Positions 49,701 through 57,405 of a DNA stretch of 64,000 nt are shown in pieces (positions within the stretch are counted from its first letter, which is position 1; the number at the start of each line of letters is the position of its first letter). The notes under the pieces are model-generated. The model ran no database searches. It was not told the DNA's origin and saw only the letters and a list, made by a program, of their open reading frames with translations. A program made the position numbers and the translations under genes. Source of the stretch: Calditrichia bacterium (lineage in GTDB: Bacteria > Calditrichota > Calditrichia > RBG-13-44-9 > J075); assembly GCA_020634975.1 (NCBI GenBank), contig JACKAQ010000001.1:3383272-3447271 (forward strand). Direction: 5' to 3'.

Positions 49701-52700
49701 TGTCTCGCCGGGCAGCAAAATTTGCATCCGGGTAAATTCGCCCGGGGTGATGTTGAATAAATTGCTCTGCCCGCTGTGCGGATTTGCCGCAAAGTCGAGG
49801 CAGGTTAATTGCACGTTGGCTGTTGCTTTTGTGATGGTGATGTTGCCGCTCCAAACGCCGTCCACAAAATCGACTTCGGATGGCGAAATGGTGGCTGCGC
49901 CGCTGCTCGATTCCAGACGGGCGTGCCCGTTGTAACCGGACACCGGATTTCCGGCAACGTCCGTTGCAGTTATCGTTACGCCAAATGCGTTTCCGGCGGT
50001 CTGGTTGGCGATGGTCGCAAATTCAAAATGATCCAGATTGCCGGGGAAAATATTGATGGCGCTGCTGACCGATCCCAAAATCGACGGACTGGAAATATCC
50101 GCCGCAGAAACGGTGTGAATGCCCGCCGTGCCCATGATGAAAGACTGGCTTGCCGCACCGTTGATCAACTTGCCCGTTTCCGAGAAAATGGCGCTCGTAT
50201 CGGTGGAGCTCAGCCTGATGCTGTCGCCGGCAGCGGTGATCAGGTTCCAGTGGTTGTCCACCGCGCGAACGGAAACGTTGAATTCTTCGCCGGTTTGCTG
50301 ATCCAGCGGCGTGCCGGTTTTTCCCGGCGCAACGCCCGGATTGGCCTGTTCGCCGGGCAGCAACACCTGCAATTTGCTGAACGATCCCGGCACGACCGTG
50401 AATGCGTTACTCGTGCCGGTGTGGTTCGGTGTGCCGTTGTCATTCGCGGTCAGCGTAACAGAACCGGCGGCTTTGGTGAGTGTAATTTCGCCGGAAAAAA
50501 CGCCGTTTTGGAACGGCCCGACGGTCACCGGTGTGATCGTTCCCGTGCCGGTCGATGCGCTCAATTCAACTGTTCCGTTGAATCCGAACACCGTTTGGTT
50601 GTCAGCGGTTTGCGCTTCGATGGCCACTGAAAACGGTGTTCCGGCAGTGACCGGACTGCTGATAGTACTAAATTCAAAATGATCCAGATTTTGCGGTAAC
50701 ACCGAAATTTGCGGCGTTTGCCCGTTTTGGATCGTCGGGTTGTTCAAATGAAATGCGGATACCGTATGCGCACCGTCGCTGTTCAGCGTGATGCTCACAT
50801 TTTTCGCGCCGTTGATCAGTCGCGCCGGTTCCGGCAGCGATGCGAACGCATCCGTGGAAGATACGCCGAAAGAATCGCTGGCGGTGGTCACTACGTTCCA
50901 GTATTCATCCACACCGTTCACAACGATGGGGAAGGGGTGACCGGCATTTTGCGATTGCGGCGTGCCGGTGTGTCCCGGTTCAACGCCTGGCGTTGCGGTC
51001 ATGCCCGGAACGAGCACCTGGAATTTGGTGAGCGCACCGGGTTGGACTTCGAACTGGTTGCTGGTGCCGGTGTGCGGCGGTGTTGCGCCGTCTTTTGCGG
51101 TCAGGTAAACGCCGCCGGAGGCAACTTTCAGCGTCACGTTGCCCGTCCACGTGCCGTTGTTGAAATTGGCGGTGATGGGAATCATCGTGTTATCGCCGGT
51201 GCTGGCTGCGAGGAAAACCACCCCGGAATAATCCGTCACGGGATTGCCCTGCGGATCAGCAGCGGTGATGGTAATCGAAAATGGTGTTCCGGCGAATTTC
51301 GGTCCGACAATCGTGGTAAATTCAAAGTGGTCCATATTGCCCGGATTCACCCGGATCTGGCTGCCGGTGCCCTGCGCAACCACCGGATTGGTCACATCCG
51401 ATGCGGAAACCGTTTGCAATCCGTTGGTGTTCAGCGTTACCAAAAATTGTTTGGTGCCGCCGCTCAGCGCTGCGTCGTTCGGGAGCGAAGCTGCAGCGTC
51501 GGAGCTGCTCAAATGTACCAAATCCGCGTTGCTGTTGATGACATTCCACCACTGGTCAACCGCATTTACGCGAATGTAAAAACTGCTGCCGGCCAAAACT
51601 TCGGCTGCCGTGCCGGTTTTTCCCGGCGCGATGCCCGGCGTTGCGGTTTCGCCCGGAACCAGCACCTGCAGTTTTGCCGCTGTTCCGGCGACCACGTTAA
51701 ATTGGTTGCTGTTTCCGGTGTGCGGCGGATTGGCTGCGTCCGTAACCGCCAGATTTACGAGGGTTGCGGCTTTGGTGAGCATCACCGAACCCGACCATGT
51801 GCCGTTAATCATGGTAATTTCGGACGGAAAAACGGTCTGCTCGCCGGTGGTTGAACTGATCGTCAGCACACCCTGAAAATTGGTTGCCGGAACGCCGAGA
51901 TCGTTCACCGCGGTAATCGTAACGTTGAACGGTTGACCGGCAACCTGCGTTGCGCTGATGTTGCTGAACACAAAATGATCGATGCCTTCCACCACCCGCA
52001 CTTCCGACGAAGTGTCCGGCAAAACGGATGCGTTGGACACGTCCCGTGCGGAAACAGTTTGCATTCCGGCGCTGTTCAGCGTCACGTTCATGCTCACGCT
52101 GCCGTTGTTCATCGTAGCGTTGAAGGGCAGATTTGCCGCAGCATCGCTGGATGTCAGTGCAACAACATCGGTATTGGGAATTTTATTCCAGAAATTATCC
52201 GTGCCGTAAACGTTCACCCAGAAATCGTTTCCGGCGGGTTGATCGTTTGGCAAACCGGTTTTCCCGATCCTGCTGCCCGGCGCGAAAGATTCACCCGGCA
52301 AAATCGTCAGCAGTTGGCTGAACGAACCCGGCAATGCGCAAAAACGGTTGCTTTCGCCGTCATGCGGCGTGAACGCCGGCGCCGGCGGCACCGAATTTAC
52401 GGTAACGGTTGTCCGGAAATACGTTTCATCCGCATTTCCCCAGATCCAATGCGCCGGGCTACCTGCAGGAAACCCGGCAACATTGGTTCCCCAGGGCGGG
52501 ATGCCATATGCCCCTAAATCGGTCGACTGGCTCCAGTTTTGATCATTAAAATCAAAACTTTGCCAGCCGTTTTCAAACGTTGATGTTTGCAACCAGGTGT
52601 TGCCGGAAACTTTCACAATCTGGCCGTTCACACGAATTTCAGCGAGCAACCCTTTGCTGGAACTCTGGTTTGTGCCGTGAATGGCCACAACATTTTTGCC

Positions 52701-53582
52701 GTCACGATATGGCAAAATATAGGTTTGCGCGGTTGTCGGCTGTGCGTTTCCACCGATAAAATTGCCGTTCACATACAATTCGTATGCGTCATCCGCGGTG
52801 ATGATGATTTCCATTTTATCCGATGCAGGTGTGCCGTCGCTGGCTTTTAGCCACACATCGCCGGTAACGCCCCATGCCGCTTCTTTTTCTCCCGCCCGAT
52901 ATATTTTTAGATCGCCGATCCATTTTCCCGAGCTGAGTTGAACGGCTTCCGGCTCAATTCTGCCTTCGCCGTAATCGGTTAATTCGGATAAATAAACCCG
53001 GCCGTTGTATTTGTTAACCAGATTCCCGTTTTGGTCGCGGGCGCTAATTTCTACGCTGGGAATCGTTTCACCCACACTCACCTGACCGGGAACGCCGCCG
53101 ACCGGATTGCCAATCGGGGTAATCATGAAATAATCGATTTTCACGATTCGCACCGGCGGAGACGATGCGGAATTGACCGATGGTTTCGAATCGTCGTGTG
53201 CGGTTATGGAATACAATCCGTTGGAATTCAGAATAACGGACAGCGTTGTGCTGCCGTTCACCAGATTCACCGGTAGCGGCAGTTCCGCCAATTGATCGGA
53301 TGATGTCAGCGACACCTGATCGTTGACCGGAACGATATTCCAATTGTTGTCTACTGCGTTCACAATTACGTCAAACGGAACGCCGCTGGTCTGGTCGATC
53401 GGTGAGCCGTTGTATCCGTTGCCCGTGTTTGGGGCTGGCGTCATCCCGGGTAGCAGAATCTGCAGCTTCTTTGCTACCTGGGCTTCCGCCGCAGAGAAAA
53501 ATAAAAACAGCAGCGCGATACAAATGCCAAAAATTCGGCTGTGACTACTGGCGCTGGCTTTACGCCATCCTGGGGATTTCAT
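46785..53582 (-). CDS. giant (2265 aa) secreted cell-surface repeat protein with a C-terminal T9SS sorting domain (adhesin-like)
   Basis: AAGGAGGTG sits 6 nt before the ATG and a signal peptide is present. Two domain types alternate about seven or more times. The A-type is 'LQVLLPGE.A.PG.APGKTG......G..F...V.AVD..WN.V'. The B-type is 'DHFEF..I......AG.PF.V.I.A.D..GN.VT.Y.G.V.L.SSTG'. The C-terminal 'NYPNPF...LQIFDLFGNLVW...VIWNGVNDRGQKVGNGGYILV' is a T9SS CTD. Confidence 0.85.
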   Translation of the reverse strand: MKSPGWRKASASSHSRIFGICIALLFLFFSAAEAQVAKKLQILLPGMTPAPNTGNGYNGSPIDQTSGVPFDVIVNAVDNNWNIVPVNDQVSLTSSDQLAELPLPVNLVNGSTTLSVILNSNGLYSITAHDDSKPSVNSASSPPVRIVKIDYFMITPIGNPVGGVPGQVSVGETIPSVEISARDQNGNLVNKYNGRVYLSELTDYGEGRIEPEAVQLSSGKWIGDLKIYRAGEKEAAWGVTGDVWLKASDGTPASDKMEIIITADDAYELYVNGNFIGGNAQPTTAQTYILPYRDGKNVVAIHGTNQSSSKGLLAEIRVNGQIVKVSGNTWLQTSTFENGWQSFDFNDQNWSQSTDLGAYGIPPWGTNVAGFPAGSPAHWIWGNADETYFRTTVTVNSVPPAPAFTPHDGESNRFCALPGSFSQLLTILPGESFAPGSRIGKTGLPNDQPAGNDFWVNVYGTDNFWNKIPNTDVVALTSSDAAANLPFNATMNNGSVSMNVTLNSAGMQTVSARDVSNASVLPDTSSEVRVVEGIDHFVFSNISATQVAGQPFNVTITAVNDLGVPATNFQGVLTISSTTGEQTVFPSEITMINGTWSGSVMLTKAATLVNLAVTDAANPPHTGNSNQFNVVAGTAAKLQVLVPGETATPGIAPGKTGTAAEVLAGSSFYIRVNAVDQWWNVINSNADLVHLSSSDAAASLPNDAALSGGTKQFLVTLNTNGLQTVSASDVTNPVVAQGTGSQIRVNPGNMDHFEFTTIVGPKFAGTPFSITITAADPQGNPVTDYSGVVFLAASTGDNTMIPITANFNNGTWTGNVTLKVASGGVYLTAKDGATPPHTGTSNQFEVQPGALTKFQVLVPGMTATPGVEPGHTGTPQSQNAGHPFPIVVNGVDEYWNVVTTASDSFGVSSTDAFASLPEPARLINGAKNVSITLNSDGAHTVSAFHLNNPTIQNGQTPQISVLPQNLDHFEFSTISSPVTAGTPFSVAIEAQTADNQTVFGFNGTVELSASTGTGTITPVTVGPFQNGVFSGEITLTKAAGSVTLTANDNGTPNHTGTSNAFTVVPGSFSKLQVLLPGEQANPGVAPGKTGTPLDQQTGEEFNVSVRAVDNHWNLITAAGDSIRLSSTDTSAIFSETGKLINGAASQSFIMGTAGIHTVSAADISSPSILGSVSSAINIFPGNLDHFEFATIANQTAGNAFGVTITATDVAGNPVSGYNGHARLESSSGAATISPSEVDFVDGVWSGNITITKATANVQLTCLDFAANPHSGQSNLFNITPGEFTRMQILLPGETATPGIAPGKTGDVDPLVAGDAIPVTINAVDEWWNAVTTDTGTVGLSATDPSANLPLDAQLQSGTITFANTRLNTPGFWTLTAHYRHDPQISSDTSPLIHVVSGSVASFLFEPISSPQSAGNAINVTIHAVNGSGSTVTNYNEMVSLTSSTGPGTIIVGNVQFVDGTWSGPVTITKAAQSVHLNAHDFADIVRGNSNPFTVVPGAFSKLQLLMPGELETPGLAPGKSGNPQPQISGVPFQIKLRTTDAWWNVTAPDSFAVNFSATDPQAVLPSETMLTAGISNIDFTMLTPGNQKLRVAGASNPAFADTSSQFSVQSGAVHHFAFSVIDSGQIAGQSFSLHIQAMNIYDNPITDYDGDIILSASTGNGTITQTGVTLANGNWQGELAVTRADSAVVLYAADYVPAPNTHTGYSNTFTVVPAELAGLQVLLPGETVTPGVNPGKKGNALTQTAGNAFNITVRAVDAFWNIIAENADSLSISVSDTFAQIPADIQLANGRSEIPVTVRAAGTHNIQAQFTFTTGFPAAIADSLIVEPNAFSQLLVLLPGESLLPGDTENDPLKTPGRANSAQRQTSGLPFSVEVWAVDDYWNAITNAPADNVHLFTTDNSATIIKNDSVLVNGKAGFSVTLNQGGNQIIRAINDSRSSIRTSLDALLEVLVGGLHYEISLDTTRFAAGESFAMTVFFKNGIGEIVPSANHVVNLSAVDAQDIDEVVGTFENASFNLQGGQRTVQQSGDFVGVIRIKVADGIGTDPGYSDPLEIFAGNVASISVNAPKTELRGLEELVLLAKLFDQAGNPVINHDVSFELVQGSGQLKQGNAVSNGEGVASVTFTAGRVTETNIVRALVDTVATDFEIVVNLTTSDMPDGQPVNYPNPFGLESDMTRIDYYLPVDADVKLQIFDLFGNLVWTQKISAGEPGGKGRENSSHPNSVIWNGVNDRGQKVGNGGYILVAKATANGKVVMNAMRKIAVLR
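47700..52400 (-). repeat. intragenic tandem array of alternating ~100-aa A/B domain repeats within the giant surface protein gene
   Basis: The boundaries are approximate. The repeat units are 35-60% identical at the protein level. Block starts such as 'LQVLVPGETATPG.APGKTG' recur at roughly 200-aa intervals. Confidence 0.6.
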
Positions 53583-53628
53583 TTACACACCTCCTTGTGG
53601 TTAAATAAAGTAAAAACAACTATTTCAG

Positions 53629-54051
53629 TTAATCGTTTGTATTATCTTTTGGCACAGTTTGCCGGGTGTTTTGTTCGTCCAGATTTTCCATCAGCATATT
53701 AATTTTATCGCCGATTTCGTGCAGGTAATCTGTCGATCGCATTTGAATCCGGTATGTGTAATTGCCTTTAATGGCTTGCTGCAATGCTCGCTTTATCTGG
53801 ATAACAGGACCCGCAACGCGGTGCGAAATGCGGGTACCCAGCCAAAAATTAAAGGCGCTCAGCAAAATGGTGATCAGGAAAATGGTGGAAAACAGCCAGT
53901 AAATCCGCAAATCCAGCGGCAGGTGGGCAGTGGATTTTTCGAAAATATAGAAAACGATGCCGCAAACCATAATCTCTACGGCCGTCAGAAATGTGTAAAG
54001 CATGGTGAAGGCAAACTGTATTCCCGGGCGAATGTAATAGTACCGACGCAT
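53629..54051 (-). CDS. small membrane protein with two TM helices and a HAMP-like domain
   Basis: Two TM segments are followed by 'ISHRVAGPVIQIKRALQQAIKGNYTYRIQMRSTDYLHEIGDKIN'. This is the HAMP amphipathic pattern with the conserved 'G..' and a second helix. The gene lies directly upstream of the giant adhesin gene and is co-oriented with it. Confidence 0.5.
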   Translation of the reverse strand: MRRYYYIRPGIQFAFTMLYTFLTAVEIMVCGIVFYIFEKSTAHLPLDLRIYWLFSTIFLITILLSAFNFWLGTRISHRVAGPVIQIKRALQQAIKGNYTYRIQMRSTDYLHEIGDKINMLMENLDEQNTRQTVPKDNTND

Positions 54052-54267
54052 ATAACCTTTCCTCTGTTTTACACAGGTAAAGGCAACATAAGTGCCAAAA
54101 AGAAAATTGGGAAATTTGTGAATGTCGGGTGAAAGGATAAGTAACAGAATTTAAAGAGTTGAGTTGAAAAATCGTTGAAAATCTGCGAAAAATTGATCTG
54201 CACATAAATTGTTTTTTACCGGTTGATATTTACCGATCGGTAAATATCAACCGGTAGGAATATGGGC

Positions 54268-55089
54268 TCAATCGCACTTGTAACCGGCGGCAACCACAAA
54301 TTCACCGGGAATCCGGTAGCTGTTGCCGTTGTGATATTCCGCGATGGAATCCAGATATTCCCGGTGAACATCCGCTTTGGTGGATTCATCGAAGCGCGCG
54401 TAAGCCAGCGCCACCGGACCACCGACAAAAGCTGCGGAACATGCCCGTTCATCTGTGGGGAAATGCAGTTCGGACGAGAGTCGATGGTTTTGAATTTCAC
54501 TGAAACCGGCATTTTCGAGTTGCAGTTGCAGCATGTCGCCGGTGCCAAGTTGGAAAAACATTGGACAAACTTCGGATTTCACCCGCGCATCGACAATCGG
54601 GAAAACTTCTGACCAGCCGCATTTGTCGCGATGCCCCCACACGGCAATCACTGCCCGTCCGCCGGGTTTCAGCACCCGGAAAATCTCGCGGAGTGATTGC
54701 AGCGGATTCGGGAAATACAGCAATCCCAACGCACACAGTACCGCATCGAACGATTGTTTCGGGAAACGCAAATCCTCCCCGTCCATTTGCCGGAACTGAA
54801 CATTGTGGATTTCGTTTTTCCGGGCGAAATCATCCGCCAGCCGGATCATTTCATCGGAAATATCCGTGCCGATTACCTCGCCATGCATCCCGACCGCCGA
54901 AGCTGCGGGAAACGTAACCAGTCCAGTGCCGCAGGCGATATCCAGCACTCGTTCGCCGGGTCGCAGGTTTGCCATTTCCAGCAGGCGGTTTTGCGCGGGT
55001 GCCAGCGGTTCCAACCAGCTTTTTTCGTAAATATGAGCGGCTTTATCCCAGCCGTATCGCTGGATTCGCCGTTGCAGTTTTGCTTCCAT
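54268..55089 (-). CDS. class I SAM-dependent methyltransferase
   Basis: Motif I is 'VLDIACGTGLVTFPAA'. A post-I acidic residue is in 'VIGTDISDEMI'. Motif II is 'FDAVLCALGLLYFPNP'. Confidence 0.85.
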   Translation of the reverse strand: MEAKLQRRIQRYGWDKAAHIYEKSWLEPLAPAQNRLLEMANLRPGERVLDIACGTGLVTFPAASAVGMHGEVIGTDISDEMIRLADDFARKNEIHNVQFRQMDGEDLRFPKQSFDAVLCALGLLYFPNPLQSLREIFRVLKPGGRAVIAVWGHRDKCGWSEVFPIVDARVKSEVCPMFFQLGTGDMLQLQLENAGFSEIQNHRLSSELHFPTDERACSAAFVGGPVALAYARFDESTKADVHREYLDSIAEYHNGNSYRIPGEFVVAAGYKCD

Positions 55090-55610
55090 TATTTGACCTC
55101 CGTTTCTAAAATTTTCACTTCCCGGCGGAGGGGCATCGCTTTGCTAAAAATGATAAAATATGAGCTGTGTGCTTCTGCTGTGTTCAATACACATAAAATG
55201 TCTTCCTCCGGTGCCGGGCTTTCCAGCGTCACGGTAAAACGAACTTCTGAATATGTGACCGGAACCGGCGCAACGGCGTATTCGCCACGAGCATCGTAAT
55301 CCGCCTGAACTTCCACTTCCAAAATGCGCATTGGCACATTCAATCGTGCAGCCCACATTGTATAACAAATCGCCAGACAACTTGCCAAAGCCCCACGCCC
55401 GAGCACACCGGGATTGGGTCCGGCATTTTCGCCACCGTGTTTTTCGTGCATATCAGCTGTAAATTGCCACTGTCCTTCCACAATTTCGCAGGTCATTCCG
55501 TCGGTAACCCTGGCTGTGGTAACCGCCGTTCCTCGGGCAATGTTGGGGCGAAGGGTCATTGCCTTTACATTCCGGGCGATTGCGTTTTTTATTTTCTGAT
55601 TAATTTCCAT
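55089..55610 (-). CDS. OsmC/Ohr family protein
   Basis: 'GGENAGPNPGVLGRGALASCLAICYTMWAA' carries the conserved Cys. The OsmC-like pattern is present. The stop overlaps the start of the methyltransferase gene by 1 nt. Confidence 0.75.
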   Translation of the reverse strand: MEINQKIKNAIARNVKAMTLRPNIARGTAVTTARVTDGMTCEIVEGQWQFTADMHEKHGGENAGPNPGVLGRGALASCLAICYTMWAARLNVPMRILEVEVQADYDARGEYAVAPVPVTYSEVRFTVTLESPAPEEDILCVLNTAEAHSSYFIIFSKAMPLRREVKILETEVK

Positions 55611-55647
55611 GAGTGTTTTCCAAATTTTTGATGATTGATGATGACAA

Positions 55648-55866
55648 TTAACTGGCTTTAGCGTATAAGGTAAAGGTATCCAATTCCGGTTCCTGCCGGC
55701 GAATTGCTTTGTTGTTGATTTCGGTCATGGTTCGGCTCAACACTTCCGGGTCTGTTTCCATGAAATCTTTCTGTCGATCCGCCAGATGCTGGTAGCCATA
55801 CGAGCAAACGGAAAAGCAGATATTTTTTCTTTTCAAAATTTCAGATGCGATGATTGCTGCGAACAT
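55648..55866 (-). CDS. small hypothetical protein (72 aa)
   Basis: This is only an ORF in a gap between annotated genes. No motif was recognised. Confidence 0.25.
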   Translation of the reverse strand: MFAAIIASEILKRKNICFSVCSYGYQHLADRQKDFMETDPEVLSRTMTEINNKAIRRQEPELDTFTLYAKAS

Positions 55867-55899
55867 TTTTATTTCCTTTTAATAATTTTATTTTGATTG

Positions 55900-56127
55900 T
55901 TAGAGTAAACCTTTGGCGATACACAGCGGGATGATGATGTATAAAATTGTATCGCGAATCAGATAATAGCCAAAAATGATAAACAAAAATTTCGTGCCGC
56001 GTTTGCGGATCAGTGCTTTCCAGCCTTCATTTTTCAGAATAATAACACTATCAAAAATGTAATGTTTATATAATCGCAGTAGCGGATTTTGGCGGAAAAC
56101 GGTTGCGACCTGGTTTGATAAATTCAT
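55900..56127 (-). CDS. small hypothetical membrane protein (75 aa)
   Basis: The ORF has a predicted C-terminal TM helix ('FLFIIFGYYLIRDTILYIIIPLCIA'). No motif was recognised. Confidence 0.3.
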   Translation of the reverse strand: MNLSNQVATVFRQNPLLRLYKHYIFDSVIILKNEGWKALIRKRGTKFLFIIFGYYLIRDTILYIIIPLCIAKGLL

Positions 56128-56233
56128 GTTAAATCTCCGGTTATCGTATTATTTTTTTTGCAGATTTGTATGGCTAAGCTGTTGTTAATTTACCGCTTAG
56201 CCATACAATATTTAATTGGTTGGTTGAGGTTGA

Positions 56234-56995
56234 TTACAATGCATCAACCGAAACTTGTTCTTTTGTTTTCGCTTTCAGCGAGGGAATTATTTTGGGAACA
56301 GTTTCTTGATAATTGATATAATCATCTCCAAATGTTTTCACCAGATCACGTTCCTCATAATAAACGCCAACCAGGATATACGCTGTCATTCCGAGTGCGA
56401 ACAGCAGGTGACCTACGGTCATATGCGGCGTAGCCCAAACTGCCAGAAAAATGCCGATCATCATCGGGTGACGCACATTTTTGTAGAATAAGGGTGTTAC
56501 GAAGCGTGGTTTTCCCGCAACTTTTTTCAGTAGTTGGAAAAACACCTGCTGCAATCCGAACAGCTCAAAATGATTGATCAGAAATGTTGAGAGCAGCAAA
56601 ATAAACCATCCGGCAGCAAACACAGCGTAAATTACCTGAGCAGCCATTGCATTGGTTATATTCCAAACAGTAGCCGGAATTGGCTGCCACTGCCACAACA
56701 TAAAGTAGAACAATACACTGGATACCAACACATAAGTGCTGCGTTCCATCGATTCCGGGATGTAGCGGGTAAGCCAGTTTTTAAATTTCCCACGGGCCAT
56801 TAAGGAATGTTGAAGTCCAAACAGAAGCACCAGCGAGATGTTGACCAAAACAGCGAGACCAATCGACGTCGTTTCTCCGGAGTTGATGGTTTTGGGCACG
56901 TAAAAATCGCCCACAAATGCGATGATATACAAAAACCAGCTGAAAAAAATGGAATAACTGATAACACCATATAAAAAAATCATTGCGCGTTTCAT
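56234..56995 (-). CDS. isoprenylcysteine carboxyl methyltransferase (ICMT)/NnrU-like membrane methyltransferase family protein
   Basis: It is polytopic. The C-terminal 'VRHPMMIGIFLAVWATP...GVYYEERDL' matches the ICMT/phospholipid-methyltransferase 'RHPxY...EE' signature. Confidence 0.65.
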   Translation of the reverse strand: MKRAMIFLYGVISYSIFFSWFLYIIAFVGDFYVPKTINSGETTSIGLAVLVNISLVLLFGLQHSLMARGKFKNWLTRYIPESMERSTYVLVSSVLFYFMLWQWQPIPATVWNITNAMAAQVIYAVFAAGWFILLLSTFLINHFELFGLQQVFFQLLKKVAGKPRFVTPLFYKNVRHPMMIGIFLAVWATPHMTVGHLLFALGMTAYILVGVYYEERDLVKTFGDDYINYQETVPKIIPSLKAKTKEQVSVDAL

Positions 56996-57405
56996 TCTAT
57001 TCTCCTTTGTTTGTTGAGTTTTTCACACGCTTAATATTTGTCTATCGTTTTGTTTTTTGCTGTTGTAACGATGACGTGAAAAAGGTATGAAAAAGTGCAG
57101 GAGAAATCTTTCAACTATGTCGCCGGTTTTTGCACAATTGTCGCAAATTTTTGGTGTGTTTGTGGTGGGGAAACAGTATTCCGTGGTTTAACGGGAGCGA
57201 TTTTGCACATATGTCGCATTTTTTTGAACAAATGTTGCAAACGGGGATTTTTGGGGGGAGAGGTGTTTTGAGGAAAATGCATTCCAGGCAGGAGCCTGGA
57301 ACGAGAGTCATCCGAAGCAGGAGCTTGGAACGAGTGACAAACGAGTGACAAGTGAGTGACAAATTTGGCGGTAGGGAACGCAGATCTGCGTTCCACAGAA
57401 GCAAT

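Noticed and set aside
48850-51854. Several 250-380-aa ORFs on both strands inside the giant adhesin gene (48850..49608 -, 49809..50630 +, 50709..51854 +).
   Set aside because: They are out of frame or antisense relative to a continuous 2265-codon ORF that has a signal peptide, repeats and a T9SS CTD. They are Arg/Gly-rich frame-shadow artefacts.
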